Of a stretch of DNA of 64,000 nucleotides, positions 45,139 to 55,730 are shown piece after piece. The first letter of the stretch is position 1. Every line of letters begins with the position of its first letter. The notes beneath the pieces are model-generated. The model did not search any database, was not told where the DNA came from, and was given only the letters and a program-made list of their open reading frames with translations. Made by a program: the position numbers and the translations under genes. Source of the DNA: a virus; the IMG/VR virus record IMGVR_UViG_3300028837_001424, positions 48,592-112,591 of that record, one strand, 5' to 3'.

Positions 45139-45924
45139 TTAGAGTAATTCAGGGGCATCGTTTTCCTTCTTTTCGCTATCATCGGGTGGTTTTGATGCCT
45201 TCTTTTTATTTAAGAGCAACTGATACATTGCTCGATAGCACTCGACGGTTTTCTCTTCGCATTCTGATTCCTGTAGATTGATCCACGCGTTGGCCTCTTT
45301 TTGGATCATGCCGATCTCGTCAATTGCATAATCGTATACGGATCGTCTCGCCTGAGGCGGAGTAACTTCAGCAGACTTTATATGATCCTCGCCGTTTTCT
45401 GTGGCCTCTGACGACTCTGGTGCTGCGTCTTCTTCAACAGCGCGTTGATCAGCTTTAGGATTTTTTAACCAACCATAGAACTGGCCTTTTGCATTAAGCT
45501 TGCAAGATAATCTTCGAATTGGGTAATCGTATGAATCTCGGCCTATTCCCCATTGGAAACCAGCGCGCTTGAAGCCCTGAGAGACTAGACCCTTCTTGCC
45601 TCCGAAGCCGCTTTCATCTCTTTCCAGTTTCTCTTGACCAGTATCCCACTTCCAGATCCAGTCTTCCGTTTCGGGATTATGAATACCTATCCCTACCATC
45701 AAAATGCCAGCTATTTCCCTCACCCCGCTTTGCCAACTGAGAGGGCCACAAGCAGCGTCTAATCGAGATTGAGTAAACCGGGCGTCGATATGTGGCAGTG
45801 CTATCGCACTGGCTGAACCGTTTGGCAATTTTTGGATCGAACCCTTACGAGCTACAAAGGAAATGTTTCCTGGTGGGGTTGGTGATTGAAGAATTTCAAC
45901 TATTTCTTTAATTGTCCTAGTCAT
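45139..45924 (-). CDS. Rad52/Rad22-like single-strand annealing protein (Sak type)
   Basis: HIDAR....RLD..CG..W, WIWKWDTG, KG..S..FKRA..WGIGR..Y. Confidence 0.8.
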   Translation of the reverse strand: MTRTIKEIVEILQSPTPPGNISFVARKGSIQKLPNGSASAIALPHIDARFTQSRLDAACGPLSWQSGVREIAGILMVGIGIHNPETEDWIWKWDTGQEKLERDESGFGGKKGLVSQGFKRAGFQWGIGRDSYDYPIRRLSCKLNAKGQFYGWLKNPKADQRAVEEDAAPESSEATENGEDHIKSAEVTPPQARRSVYDYAIDEIGMIQKEANAWINLQESECEEKTVECYRAMYQLLLNKKKASKPPDDSEKKENDAPELL

Positions 45925-46147
45925 TGTTTGGCTCCTTCGCCTCGTCATTATAACCTATAACTAGCAATCCTTGCTTGAATTGAAGCTCACGAATAATTGG
46001 CAAACAATTGATACATGAGTAGGTGCCCTCGTTAGGCGCACCACCACTGGGGAAGGCCTTACATATTGGGATTGGATAAATGTATGGGCGCATATCACCC
46101 CTTTTCATTGGCGTACCACAGAACGGGCATTCAAGAGTGCTTTTCAT
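45917..46147 (-). CDS. Small zinc-finger-like protein
   Basis: CPFC...CINC. Confidence 0.5.
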   Translation of the reverse strand: MKSTLECPFCGTPMKRGDMRPYIYPIPICKAFPSGGAPNEGTYSCINCLPIIRELQFKQGLLVIGYNDEAKEPNND

Positions 46148-46365
46148 ATTAGCGTGTCCGCTGCTTTGCGAATTGCCTCCAAATTGTCTGGTACTGGCTT
46201 GCCCCAGCTTGGCGGTATGTTAGGCGGATAGATTGTAATGCCCCAAACTACATATCTTTTACATTCAGGACATTGATGGTATTGTCCTGCTTCTATGTCG
46301 AGCCTTGTTGCTTCAGACCAGTGGAATTTATGGGAACAGTAAGGGCAACTAGGTTTATATTTCAT
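46144..46365 (-). CDS. Small zinc-finger-like protein
   Basis: CPYC...CPEC. Confidence 0.5.
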   Translation of the reverse strand: MKYKPSCPYCSHKFHWSEATRLDIEAGQYHQCPECKRYVVWGITIYPPNIPPSWGKPVPDNLEAIRKAADTLI

Positions 46366-46589
46366 ATTTGATCACTCCTTTCTGCTAACCTGCGCTGTTC
46401 GTTCAGTTCTTGAAGTGTCACAATCTCGCCTTCGTAGCAATCTGCACATTGCTGCTTACCAGGAAAGCCGATGAACCAGTCGTAATATTCGGGGTAATCA
46501 GGATGGCGTTCTTGTTGTAATCTGCCACAATTAATGCAGCGTACCCCAAGCGTGCCATCACTAACAGTTTGTGAAGATTGTTTAGTCAT
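46362..46589 (-). CDS. Small zinc-finger-like protein
   Basis: RBS GGAGG; CINC...CADC. Confidence 0.5.
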   Translation of the reverse strand: MTKQSSQTVSDGTLGVRCINCGRLQQERHPDYPEYYDWFIGFPGKQQCADCYEGEIVTLQELNEQRRLAERSDQI

Positions 46590-46623
46590 ATTACCTCCTT
46601 CACAAGATGGTCGTGTTAGACGT

Positions 46624-46668
46624 ATTATACCATAATAGGAATAGTTAGTCAAGGTACGTTGGTACTAT
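46624..46668 (-). promoter_or_regulatory. Promoter with conserved upstream box (copy 3)
   Basis: ATAGTACCAACGTACC-TTGACT-17-TATAAT. Confidence 0.75.
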
Positions 46669-46728
46669 ATGAAATGTTAAATCGTCAAAAAACTTGCGCG
46701 ATGTAAAAGCTTGTGCTAATATATTCTT

Positions 46729-46910
46729 CTAGGGAGAAGTGAGGCGCGGGTGTCCAACGTCAAATCCAAAAATCCAAATCAAAACGGCGGATCAACAATA
46801 GAACGCCTGCGTCGTTTTGAACAAGCGTTTCCTCCAGAAACAAATATGGAATACAATCAATCGGCGACACGTAAAGTGTTTCTCACTTCTCCTATAGAAA
46901 CGGTTTTTTT
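46729..46910 (+). ncRNA. Putative structured RNA or attenuator upstream of replication gene
   Basis: GGAGAAGTGAG (46733-43) pairs with CTCACTTCTCC (46882-92); inner TCAAAACGGCG/CGTCGTTTTGA; T7 tract; upstream TTGCGC-17-TAATAT. Confidence 0.5.
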
Positions 46911-47156
46911 ATGCCAATGATCTTATAATGCCATCAACTGAAAGCAACCCAACGCGGCCAAGCGAAAGATCATTGGTAAGATAGACCTCCTCAGGCAGCC
47001 ATAATGTGATGAAACAATCCAACCCCGCATCGAAGCAAGCAAATAGCTCAGCCTCTCGCATTATGGCTATCCTTCATCCGGTAGATCAGTGATTGCCGCT
47101 CGCTGAAAAACCGGATGCCTGAGGGGGCCTATCTTTTACTTTGCGATGGAGTAAGC

Positions 47157-47960
47157 ATGTCAGACGCATTATCACAACCTGAAAGTTATCGTGATTTTAT
47201 CCGTAGCATTCTGGGTGATCGAGTTGTAGCTTATTATCCTAGTCTTGCCAGACGGTTCGGTGTAAAGAGCGCCATCCTGCTATCGCAGTTATTCCATTAT
47301 GCTAGCCTACAGGAAGATCCCGATGACTGGTTCCATGCAAAGATTACGACTATCCATGATCATACGGGTATGACAAAGAAAGAACAGGTTGGTGCGCGCA
47401 AGGTACTATCCCAGTGGGATGTATTGAAAGTTGAGCGCAGAGGTATGTCACGGAAGAACTGGTACAAGTTAGACCTTGAGGCCCTAGTACTGGCGGTTTC
47501 GGAAGATGCTGTAATGCCAGAACCACCAGAACCAGCACTACCGGAGAGGAACGAACTACCAGAACCAGCACCACCAGTAGTTACCAAAGGGCACCACCGT
47601 AGGTCCCCAAAGAGCACCACTGGTAGTGCCGAAAGGGCACCACGTATTAAAGAGTCTTTTAAAGAGTCTCTTAAAGATAAAGAGGAAGAGATTGGATCTC
47701 TTTCTCAAGACGAATGGGTGCTAGTTTTAATTTATATGAAGCGTCACTATTATCCTCGTCCTTCAAATGACAAAGATTACGACCATTTCTGGGGCGATAC
47801 GGGTTTTGCCGGACGGAAGAATGGTAAATATCAAGTTGTTTGTCGAGACAAGAAACATCGGGATTACCTTGATAGTCATGGCACAAAGATGATTTGTGAA
47901 AATGCGCTACTTAATGTGTTGGGAGAGAAAGTTGAAGTTGAGTTTGTGGTGGAGGGATAG
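47157..47960 (+). CDS. Phage replication initiator (N-terminal wHTH, C-terminal DnaA-N-like)
   Basis: AILLSQL..Y...WF......TGMT..EQ..AR..L; internal iterons; ALLNVLGEKVEVEFVV. Confidence 0.7.
   Translation: MSDALSQPESYRDFIRSILGDRVVAYYPSLARRFGVKSAILLSQLFHYASLQEDPDDWFHAKITTIHDHTGMTKKEQVGARKVLSQWDVLKVERRGMSRKNWYKLDLEALVLAVSEDAVMPEPPEPALPERNELPEPAPPVVTKGHHRRSPKSTTGSAERAPRIKESFKESLKDKEEEIGSLSQDEWVLVLIYMKRHYYPRPSNDKDYDHFWGDTGFAGRKNGKYQVVCRDKKHRDYLDSHGTKMICENALLNVLGEKVEVEFVVEG
47577..47677 (+). repeat. Iterons plus AT-rich repeats: likely replication origin
   Basis: GTAG..(C)C.AAAG[G/A]GCACCAC x3 at ~22-24 nt spacing, then TAAAGAGTCT x2. Confidence 0.7.
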
Positions 47961-48688
47961 TGAATTTCGGTAGTCTATTCTCTGGAGTTGATGGCCTCGG
48001 ATTAGGACTCGAATGGGCTAGTATGACTTGCGCGTGGCAAGTAGAAATAGATGATTGGCGTCGATGGGTACTTGAAATGCACTGGCCAGACGTGCCGAAA
48101 TATGGAGATGTAAGAAATGTCGGACGACACAACCTTGAGCCAGTTGACCTTATTGCTGGCGGATTCCCTTGCCAACCTTACAGTGTTGCCGGGAAGCGAA
48201 GAGGCGCAGAAGATGACCGCAATCTCTGGCCAGAATTTAGCCGAGTTATTAAAGAGATGCAACCAAGATACGTCCTTGCTGAGAACGTTCCTGGAATCAT
48301 CACCACCTATCTCGACACAGTGCTATCTGACTTGGAAAGTCAGGGCTACACCTGCGGGACGTTTAATATTCCAGCTTGTGCCTTCGGCGCACCACATAGA
48401 CGGTATCGCATCTTCGTTGTGGCCTACTCCGGCAGCAAGAGATGGCTATTTGATAAGCCGGATTTCGATAGCGTCTCGAGCAAAGACGTATGGCGAACGC
48501 ATGAACAGAAGCCAATTAGGGGAAGTATTAGCGGGCGATTACGGTTGGGGCCACCACCCAACGTTCAGCGAGTGGATGATGGGTCTGAGTTTGGGATTCA
48601 CCGACTTAGAGCGTTAGGTGACGCAGTCGTGCCACAAGTAGCCGAATGGATTGGTAGAAGGATAATTGAATTTTCGGAGGGCACATGA
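47960..48688 (+). CDS. DNA (cytosine-5) methyltransferase, large polypeptide
   Basis: SLFSG, GGFPCQ, ENVPG, PHRRYR, ALGDAVVP. Confidence 0.9.
   Translation: MNFGSLFSGVDGLGLGLEWASMTCAWQVEIDDWRRWVLEMHWPDVPKYGDVRNVGRHNLEPVDLIAGGFPCQPYSVAGKRRGAEDDRNLWPEFSRVIKEMQPRYVLAENVPGIITTYLDTVLSDLESQGYTCGTFNIPACAFGAPHRRYRIFVVAYSGSKRWLFDKPDFDSVSSKDVWRTHEQKPIRGSISGRLRLGPPPNVQRVDDGSEFGIHRLRALGDAVVPQVAEWIGRRIIEFSEGT
48117..48617 (+). CDS. Nested alternative-frame ORF, probable second subunit of the C5-methyltransferase
   Basis: LWPTPAARD and HPTFSEWMMGLSLGFTD (motif IX-like); the main frame lacks a clear motif IX. Confidence 0.55.
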   Translation: MSDDTTLSQLTLLLADSLANLTVLPGSEEAQKMTAISGQNLAELLKRCNQDTSLLRTFLESSPPISTQCYLTWKVRATPAGRLIFQLVPSAHHIDGIASSLWPTPAARDGYLISRISIASRAKTYGERMNRSQLGEVLAGDYGWGHHPTFSEWMMGLSLGFTDLER

Positions 48689-49365
48689 AACAAAGCAAGA
48701 GTAATTTAGAGAGAGCTTTCGATACCCAGTTCCGTATTCTTGGAGAAGATCTACCGAAGCCAGAAAGCGATTATGTTTTTCATCCAACTCGTAAATGGCG
48801 TCTTGATCGAGCGTGGCCAGATTATAAACTAGCGGTTGAGATCGAGGGCGGTGTTTATGGTAGGCCAGTCAAATGTCACAATTGCGGTGTCCAGGTTAGG
48901 GCTAGAAAAAAGGACGGCTCTGTTGGCAAAGTACTAAGACCTTCTTATGGACATGCCTCATTTGGTCGGTATATGGGCGACAAGGAAAAATATAATACAC
49001 TTGAGTCAATGGGCTGGAATCTTCTGCGCTTTAGCAATGAAGATATATTGGCAACCCCATTCGAGATGGTGGATCTCATAAGAGAGGCACTTCATAGCCG
49101 GCGATATAGAGTAAGCATGATCGAGAAAATAACTAATCGGGAAATGGACGTATTGCGTCTTATAGCTGCAGGATTCAAAACGCCACAAATTGCCAAACGT
49201 CTTGGCGTGAAGCCAAACGCCGTGAGGACTTACGTCGGCGATCTCTGCCAAAAACTGATAGTACCTAATCGCGCAAGTGCTGTAGCTAGAGCGTGCTGTT
49301 GGGGGATTCTTAATCTTGATGAGATACCCTGGCCTGAGGAAGTTCTTGCCATAGATCTAGAATGA
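48685..49365 (+). CDS. Vsr/DUF559-like PD-(D/E)XK nuclease fused to LuxR-type HTH
   Basis: FHPTRKWRLDRAWP..KLAVEIEGG, DKEKYN...GW.LLRF; ITNREMDVLRLIAAG.KT.QIA..LG. Confidence 0.75.
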   Translation: MKQSKSNLERAFDTQFRILGEDLPKPESDYVFHPTRKWRLDRAWPDYKLAVEIEGGVYGRPVKCHNCGVQVRARKKDGSVGKVLRPSYGHASFGRYMGDKEKYNTLESMGWNLLRFSNEDILATPFEMVDLIREALHSRRYRVSMIEKITNREMDVLRLIAAGFKTPQIAKRLGVKPNAVRTYVGDLCQKLIVPNRASAVARACCWGILNLDEIPWPEEVLAIDLE

Positions 49366-49485
49366 AAACTCCTACTTGATTGTGACAATAATCTCATATA
49401 TAATAGAGAGGCAAGGCACGAGTACAATTGCCTTGCCTCCTTCGCACAGCTTCGGCGCTCAACCACCCCTTGCGCCGAAGCTTCT

Positions 49486-49758
49486 TTAAAGGCCCCTTGA
49501 AGACTCTTGCCATTTTCGAACATGGAAAGTAGTCGGCATTGGTTTAACTGTTATTTGGAGTGGTAGCCTTCTCCAGTTCATCATTGGTAAAGCCTTTTGT
49601 AGATCGCTTTCAGGAATGTCAAATTGGATGCGCATCCCATCTCCACCACCAGTGATCTTGATGGCCGATTGTATATCAGGGAATGATGCGTTGAACGTTA
49701 CTGACCTCAATTTATCTTGATCCTCTTTCGATAAGTAAGAAAACGGGTCTTCGCTCAC
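49486..49758 (-). CDS. Hypothetical protein
   Basis: RBS GGAGG. Confidence 0.5.
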   Translation of the reverse strand: MSEDPFSYLSKEDQDKLRSVTFNASFPDIQSAIKITGGGDGMRIQFDIPESDLQKALPMMNWRRLPLQITVKPMPTTFHVRKWQESSRGL

Positions 49759-49813
49759 TTGTCTATATCCTCCCAGTTGAAAATATTTTCAACTATGCTT
49801 ATTTTTTCAACTC

Positions 49814-50560
49814 TCATGCAAGAAATAGAGGTCCAACCGATTGCCTTACGTATTCTTCATGAATATCAATGCCGATACCTTTTCGTTTCAATCCCTCAGC
49901 CACATGCACAGTTGTAAAGCTTCCAGCAAAAGGATCGAGTACAGAATCACCAATAAACGAATATAGTTCTATCAATCTTTTAGGTAACTCTGCGGGGAAT
50001 GGTGCAGGATGCCATTTCCTTGTTTTGGGAGGAAAATACCAAATCGAACTCGTGGCCTTAATAAATGTGTCAGAATCAATTGTATCTTCGCCCTTGGCTC
50101 GTTTTGCATCTCCCTTGTGGCCTACGATTATAAACTCATGCTGATCACGGAGCGATGGATTGGATGCTGAGAGCCAAGACCCCCAGGCTGTTCCTAGTAT
50201 TGAGTGGGTTTTATTCCAAATAATTACACCGCGTAGTTCAAAGCCGATGTTCTCTAATTGATCTGTAACCCTATGCCCAAGCGGGAAATAGCCATCTGGG
50301 CTGCCAGGTCGACCATACCCATGGACGACATTGATTGCAATTCTTCCACCATTACAAAGAACTCTATGACATTCTTTCCAAGCCAATAACATATCTGCGA
50401 GGTATTCATCATATCCTTCCCACGACGAATAGCTACGGGCATTTGCATATGGCGGCGAAGTGACTATAAGTTGAATGCTTTCATCTTCTATAAGATTCAT
50501 ATTACGAGCATCACCTAAATAATATTTCGCCAAGGCCCTTTCGTGAATTAATTTCATCAT
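49814..50560 (-). CDS. Amino-DNA methyltransferase (N4-C/N6-A, beta class)
   Basis: VTSPPY, HPAPFP, VLDPFAGS. Confidence 0.85.
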   Translation of the reverse strand: MMKLIHERALAKYYLGDARNMNLIEDESIQLIVTSPPYANARSYSSWEGYDEYLADMLLAWKECHRVLCNGGRIAINVVHGYGRPGSPDGYFPLGHRVTDQLENIGFELRGVIIWNKTHSILGTAWGSWLSASNPSLRDQHEFIIVGHKGDAKRAKGEDTIDSDTFIKATSSIWYFPPKTRKWHPAPFPAELPKRLIELYSFIGDSVLDPFAGSFTTVHVAEGLKRKGIGIDIHEEYVRQSVGPLFLA

Positions 50561-51063
50561 GATACTGCCGGGTTGCACAATGCTCTCCTTAGACGAGGGA
50601 AACGACTTTCCATCAACCTCAATCTTTTTGGACCAACTATCAAGAAGTCTTGATGTTCGCCAACCAATCCAAGGACCTCGAACACTTCTTGAGTATGATC
50701 ATTAAGCCAAAGACTGCCCGAAGGATATACGCCAGTTTCTCTACCCTCATCCATTTGAGTTTCGGTCATATAGCTTCCCAAAAAACATTCGGTTGGATCG
50801 GCAACGCATCGATAAGAAGGATATCTTTTACTTAGAGGTGCCCCATTTAGAAGCTCTAACTCGCGCTTTCTTTTATTTGACTCTCTTTTGGCGATAAGAT
50901 AATCATTGTTAGCACTGGAACGAACTTTTTCTGAATGTTTCAAATAACACGAATTACAGAGCCAGCGTTGATGTATTCTCGATGTTTGTCTTTTGGATGC
51001 ACCTTTAAAGCTTTCGGGGTTATCGTCGCCGCAATCATCACATGGTCTGATCAACACATCCAT
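50557..51063 (-). CDS. Hypothetical protein with N-terminal CxxC pair
   Basis: RBS AGGAG. Confidence 0.5.
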   Translation of the reverse strand: MDVLIRPCDDCGDDNPESFKGASKRQTSRIHQRWLCNSCYLKHSEKVRSSANNDYLIAKRESNKRKRELELLNGAPLSKRYPSYRCVADPTECFLGSYMTETQMDEGRETGVYPSGSLWLNDHTQEVFEVLGLVGEHQDFLIVGPKRLRLMESRFPRLRRALCNPAVS

Positions 51064-51084
51064 GCCGAGGTACTCCTATTGAGT

Positions 51085-51333
51085 TTAATTTAATTTAGGT
51101 TTGCCTGGCTTACGAGGTTTTTTGTTAAACTCTAGTATGTCACTTAAATGAATGAGATATTGATTTCCTTTCTTCATGGCCGGCAAACGACCAGAGGTAA
51201 TAAAAACACGGACTCGACGTTGAGTTAGCCGAAGGATTTGAGCGGCCTCGGCGACCGTTCTTAAAGTAGCCATATCGGATCTTGTGCGTACCTTAATTTC
51301 TTCCTGGACTGGATCGGCTGGCAATGGTGTCAT
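51085..51333 (-). CDS. Excisionase-like HTH DNA-binding protein
   Basis: TVAEAAQIL.LT..RV...I.SGRLPA.K.G.QYLI. Confidence 0.75.
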   Translation of the reverse strand: MTPLPADPVQEEIKVRTRSDMATLRTVAEAAQILRLTQRRVRVFITSGRLPAMKKGNQYLIHLSDILEFNKKPRKPGKPKLN

Positions 51334-51395
51334 CTTTTTGATATCTCCTTGCTTATTATCACATTGTCTGATTGTACCAGATAGGGAACGCTTGG

Positions 51396-51626
51396 TCAAT
51401 CACTATTTCTAAGTAGCTCCCGCTCCCTTTGCCTATTCCATTCAGGATCGATCAGGTCATAATGATGGCGCTCATTATCTTCTTCTATCAAGCGTCTAAC
51501 GGTTTCCGCCTTGCTTAAATCCAACCTATGGCTGATCTGAGTCAGGATAAAATCTTCGTATTGATTCAAACTGACATATACAGTGAGCTTTCTTCGCTTT
51601 TTGTCAGGAATTTTCTCGAATGCCAT
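51396..51626 (-). CDS. Ribbon-helix-helix-like regulator
   Basis: LTVYVSL...ILTQISHRLDLSKAETVRRLI. Confidence 0.55.
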   Translation of the reverse strand: MAFEKIPDKKRRKLTVYVSLNQYEDFILTQISHRLDLSKAETVRRLIEEDNERHHYDLIDPEWNRQRERELLRNSD

Positions 51627-52134
51627 AAACTATTCGCCTTTCTACAAGCTCGAATTTGACAACCCAAACAAGAGGATTGTTGTCCCAAAAATAATCGGTA
51701 CGGCGGTAGATGCTATTCCATAGGCTCGCAAAACGTGACACGATAAAACGATCAAGCAATGGTTGTGCAAGATGCATCACGTCATCATATTCAATTCCTT
51801 CAGCAATTGCATCTGCCGCCGAGATCGATCTTACAGGCTCTTGCCGCAACTCTAGAATTTTGAAACGTCCCAATTGCCAACCGCCTCTACAAGCTTGAAT
51901 GGCATATGTTGGCTGGTTGTCAGTGATTACCCTATCGCCGTTTACGCGACTACGCTGGCGTTGTTTATTACTCCAATCAATAGTACCATCTCCGACCCGC
52001 AGGTACATTCTACCCTTTCGTTTGAAAGCAATAATTCTGCCATCCTGGTAAATAGGTTCGTCATCCTCATAGACAGGACGGCGGGTTTGATCCTTTTTGC
52101 CCTTGAAGATTAATTGCCACGTCTTAAAAATCAT
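51604..52134 (-). CDS. ASCH/PUA-like protein
   Basis: GKKDQTRR, IS..DAIAEG, F..LW.SIY, NPLVWVVKF. Confidence 0.65.
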   Translation of the reverse strand: MIFKTWQLIFKGKKDQTRRPVYEDDEPIYQDGRIIAFKRKGRMYLRVGDGTIDWSNKQRQRSRVNGDRVITDNQPTYAIQACRGGWQLGRFKILELRQEPVRSISAADAIAEGIEYDDVMHLAQPLLDRFIVSRFASLWNSIYRRTDYFWDNNPLVWVVKFELVERRIVYGIRENS

Positions 52135-52502
52135 TTTGTTTTCCAATCAGCTTTGTATCCTAGCGGATGCGCATACCAAATGCCCCGTTTTTTATTATCT
52201 TTGGTATACTTGAACTCTAGCCTTACAGCGTCGCCAACTTGAACGATTCCACCAACTTGAAAGCGTTTCAATATTCGTGTAAAGTAACGACGGCCATGAG
52301 TCTTGATTATTACAAACTCAGGAAGAATTTCAGATACCCAGCCCCAATAATTATAAGTCACTGCAACGAAATCGCTGTTAGGTAATTCGACCAGGACGCC
52401 CTCTCTAGCATGTCGACGAAGGTGACTAGTAAGCGCTCCCCTATTTCCACCTATTGATTTGCCGCAAACATCACAAACAAAATTACTATAATTGATAGGC
52501 AT
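52131..52502 (-). CDS. Hypothetical protein with C2H2 zinc finger
   Basis: FVCDVCGK.......LTSHLRRH. Confidence 0.55.
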   Translation of the reverse strand: MPINYSNFVCDVCGKSIGGNRGALTSHLRRHAREGVLVELPNSDFVAVTYNYWGWVSEILPEFVIIKTHGRRYFTRILKRFQVGGIVQVGDAVRLEFKYTKDNKKRGIWYAHPLGYKADWKTK

Positions 52503-55500
52503 TAAGCAATTCTCTTTCGGCGATCAATTCAGCAGTACGAGATCCGATGGTGTATGACCAGCCATTCTTTGTCATAACCCTATAATTACGACCCTGAGCC
52601 ATCATCTTAATATCTCGCTCCTCCAAGTCACGGCTCATAAATACTGGCTCTATTGTGCCAACAAGTGGCTTAGTATAACTTGAGTCTTTCATCGATATCC
52701 TCTAAGTTAATTGGTTTTATATTATTGATGTTTCGCAAAAGATCCGAAACTACGGCTCGATAGACCTGCATCAGTGATGGAGTTATCCGGTCATCTGTGC
52801 CGTCAAAACGGAAATCCTCTTGAAGTTGAGCTATCAGCTTTGCGATATTACGGATCTCGTTTTTATTCATTGTCATAGTTCCCATTGTGGAAGCGCTGGA
52901 TTAGGTATAAGTTTCCCCGGCTTTTTCGGCTGCTCGTTTTTTTCTTTATGGAATTCCCCATTTTTGGTTTCAAGATCAGCACCATAAAGCGCCTGCCGAA
53001 TATCGCAAAGTATGACAGCATTCCAGAGCAATAGAACGATGATGATTACGAGTAAAATATTACGCATCATTATGGATTCCCCGCATTCCGAGCATCGCTG
53101 ATTGTCTCACTATTGTCTGAAGACTCTTTGTGACTAACGTCTTTGTTCCTTTTGGCACATTCGGCAAGGGCTTCTTTTTCTGTCGGGAATAATCTATCAA
53201 CAGACCATAACCGACCACCACCGATTCCAGTTTCAATGCACATATATTTTTCTTCTCTTTTTTCCTCTTGAAATTCAAAACTGCGTATCCTTACTTCGAT
53301 CTGCCCAATTGTAAGCACATGACCAACCACCCATATTTTACCGACAATTTTCCATTCTCCACCATCGCCTTTACAAATTGGACAACGAACGATTTTCCCG
53401 TCTCGGCCAGTAATTTCGGATCTATTAAGCATACTTGTTGGTTTGTTGCTACCTTCGCAGAACGTACAGCGTATCCATATTCTTGATCTCTCCTCTTTGA
53501 TGCTAATTACTTCCTGTCCTAAGTTATATCTGGTTCGAATATCCACTTCAGTCTCCTTAGAATGGAATATCTTGTTTGTCTAATTCCTTGGCACAATGCG
53601 GGCAAACCTCACAACCTAATCCGGGTATATCAACACCATATCTCACGGCAGGGGAACAGGTGCATCTATTTTCCTCATGCTCATCAATCTCTCGCTGATC
53701 TCTAACCGCGTCCATTATCCTGTCTCTGATCCTCCGACGGAAGACAAACAGCTTGTCAATTCCTCGATAACCGGGGAGCAGCTCGTCACAGCGCACTAAA
53801 ACGATGTTCATGGCCCGATCGAAGTCGAGTCCTGTTTCTCGTGCCAGAAATTCGGCAAGCTGTTGTTTTTCAAGGGATAATTGCTCTAATGTCTCGGTGT
53901 ATTCTTTCATTCTTAGTTCCCGGTTTATCTTAGCGAATGAGTTACGAGGCATTGAATTGCTCCTTAATTTTGATTTGCCATCGAACAAATTCACTCTCTG
54001 GGCCCGGATGTATAGTTGCTTTATTTGTTAGGACTAACCGATATGCAATCCATTGAAGCCTTTTTATTGACCCATCGGTAATCTTATGATAAGAATTTTG
54101 TTTATGGTTCCTATAGAAAAAGGCACTTGCACCATCTTTGTAGGCAACAAGCGAAATATCATTGATCATTTCATCTGCTCCTCTGCTTTGCTGATTATCC
54201 CAACACGGTGTCGGGATAAAACCTCACGGGCATTATTAATTTCATTATCGTAGAACGATTTACCATAAAGTTTTATTTCATGTGCGTGTCGTTCCAAAAA
54301 TCTTGCCAAAACATCTAGCAAATCATCGTTGATGGCTTCGAGTTTCTCTATCTTCCTATATGGGGCCATTCGAGCATCAAGTTTGGCTTGGTATTTGGCA
54401 GAGGTTTTATATTGCCGTTCCTCTACCTTGTCAGGATCGTGTTGGCTACACCATCGATGACCGCGTTTTTCTACTTTCCATTTACGCGTGCACTGATGCC
54501 AATGCCATCCGCCCTGACCAGACACGGAAGCCGCACAGTAATCTGGATCAAATTCTGCTTCATATCTATCACGCTTTTTATAAACAAAAAGCCCTCCAGG
54601 CAATATTTGCTCACTCATTGCGATTGCTCCTCTGCTTTGCGGATGGCTTCACTTGCCTGCTTTTTTAGCGCAAGCAATACTAAGGCATTTCCGACTGAAA
54701 CCTCATCGTCATATTCGCCTAATTTATCTATCAGCCCAAAGGCGGCTTTTGCTACCTCCAGCAGGTCATCATGGCAGTTGCAAGCGGTGACGATGAGGCG
54801 GGCGTTGGCTTTATCCTCGTTATCATTGGATAACCCAACCGTATAACAGATTTCTGTTCTCCACTGTGCCTGCTTGTGAGTACCTGATTTATTGGCTTGA
54901 ATGCTCCTGCAACCTCCTACATTTGGAGGCATTGGTTGTACTCTCCAAGGTAAAGCCGTATGCTCGGTCATCTTGTCTGCTCCTTTATTTCCTTCCATCG
55001 AAAGCCAGTCCATTTCCAACGGCGAAGGATCTTAAAGGTTGGTTCGGTGTAGTTTGGTACTTCATGCAATTCGTTTGTACCAGGAGTGCTTGATAGCCAG
55101 AGGCTTTGGCAGACTCTCGTAATTTTTGCCATAGCTATTACACTCCCGCGTTTGCGATTATTCTTGCCATAATCTAAATCTGGAGACCAGTCTGGTTCTT
55201 GGGAAAATTCAACCCAGTATGCTCTCCCATTATCTATCCATACGGGAGCATACTCAGTTACAATTTGTCCGACAGTAATACCTGATTTGATGGCTGTCAT
55301 CTTGTCTGCTCCTTACCATCACAATAGTCTTGCCAGCCTTTGCGCAACTTCTTAATGTAATCACGTTGTCGCTCTCTCAGACCACGGGCGTAATCGCTAA
55401 GGTAAGTCTTGCCACAGTGCTTGCATACGCTCCAAGTGGGATCGCGACTTTGCTGAGAGCGCGCTAGATCTGGCTCGTGCTTACAATCTATTTGGTCGGT

Positions 55501-55720
55501 CATCTTGTTGATCCTCCGCTTTGCGGATTGCTTCGTGGGCGAGGTCTTGTGCTTCAATTCCGTCAAGAGTTGTTAATAGAATATCTTCGGGGTCGAGTCC
55601 GCCGCGCCCCTGTAGTATCAGCCCTTGGGCATCTGTCTTGAAACAAATGTCTTCCAGCGTTGAATGCTTTGTGGGCTTTGTAATGATCCAGAATTTATGC
55701 GTCACCTTATTTGCTCCTTC
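52486..55720 (-). other. Block of small, coupled hypothetical early genes
   Basis: Overlapping start/stop ORFs (e.g. 52486-52692, 52670-52885, 52873-53070, 53070-53546, 54166-54618, 54968-55300) with GGAG RBSs. Confidence 0.5.
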
Positions 55721-55730
55721 AATCAACACA

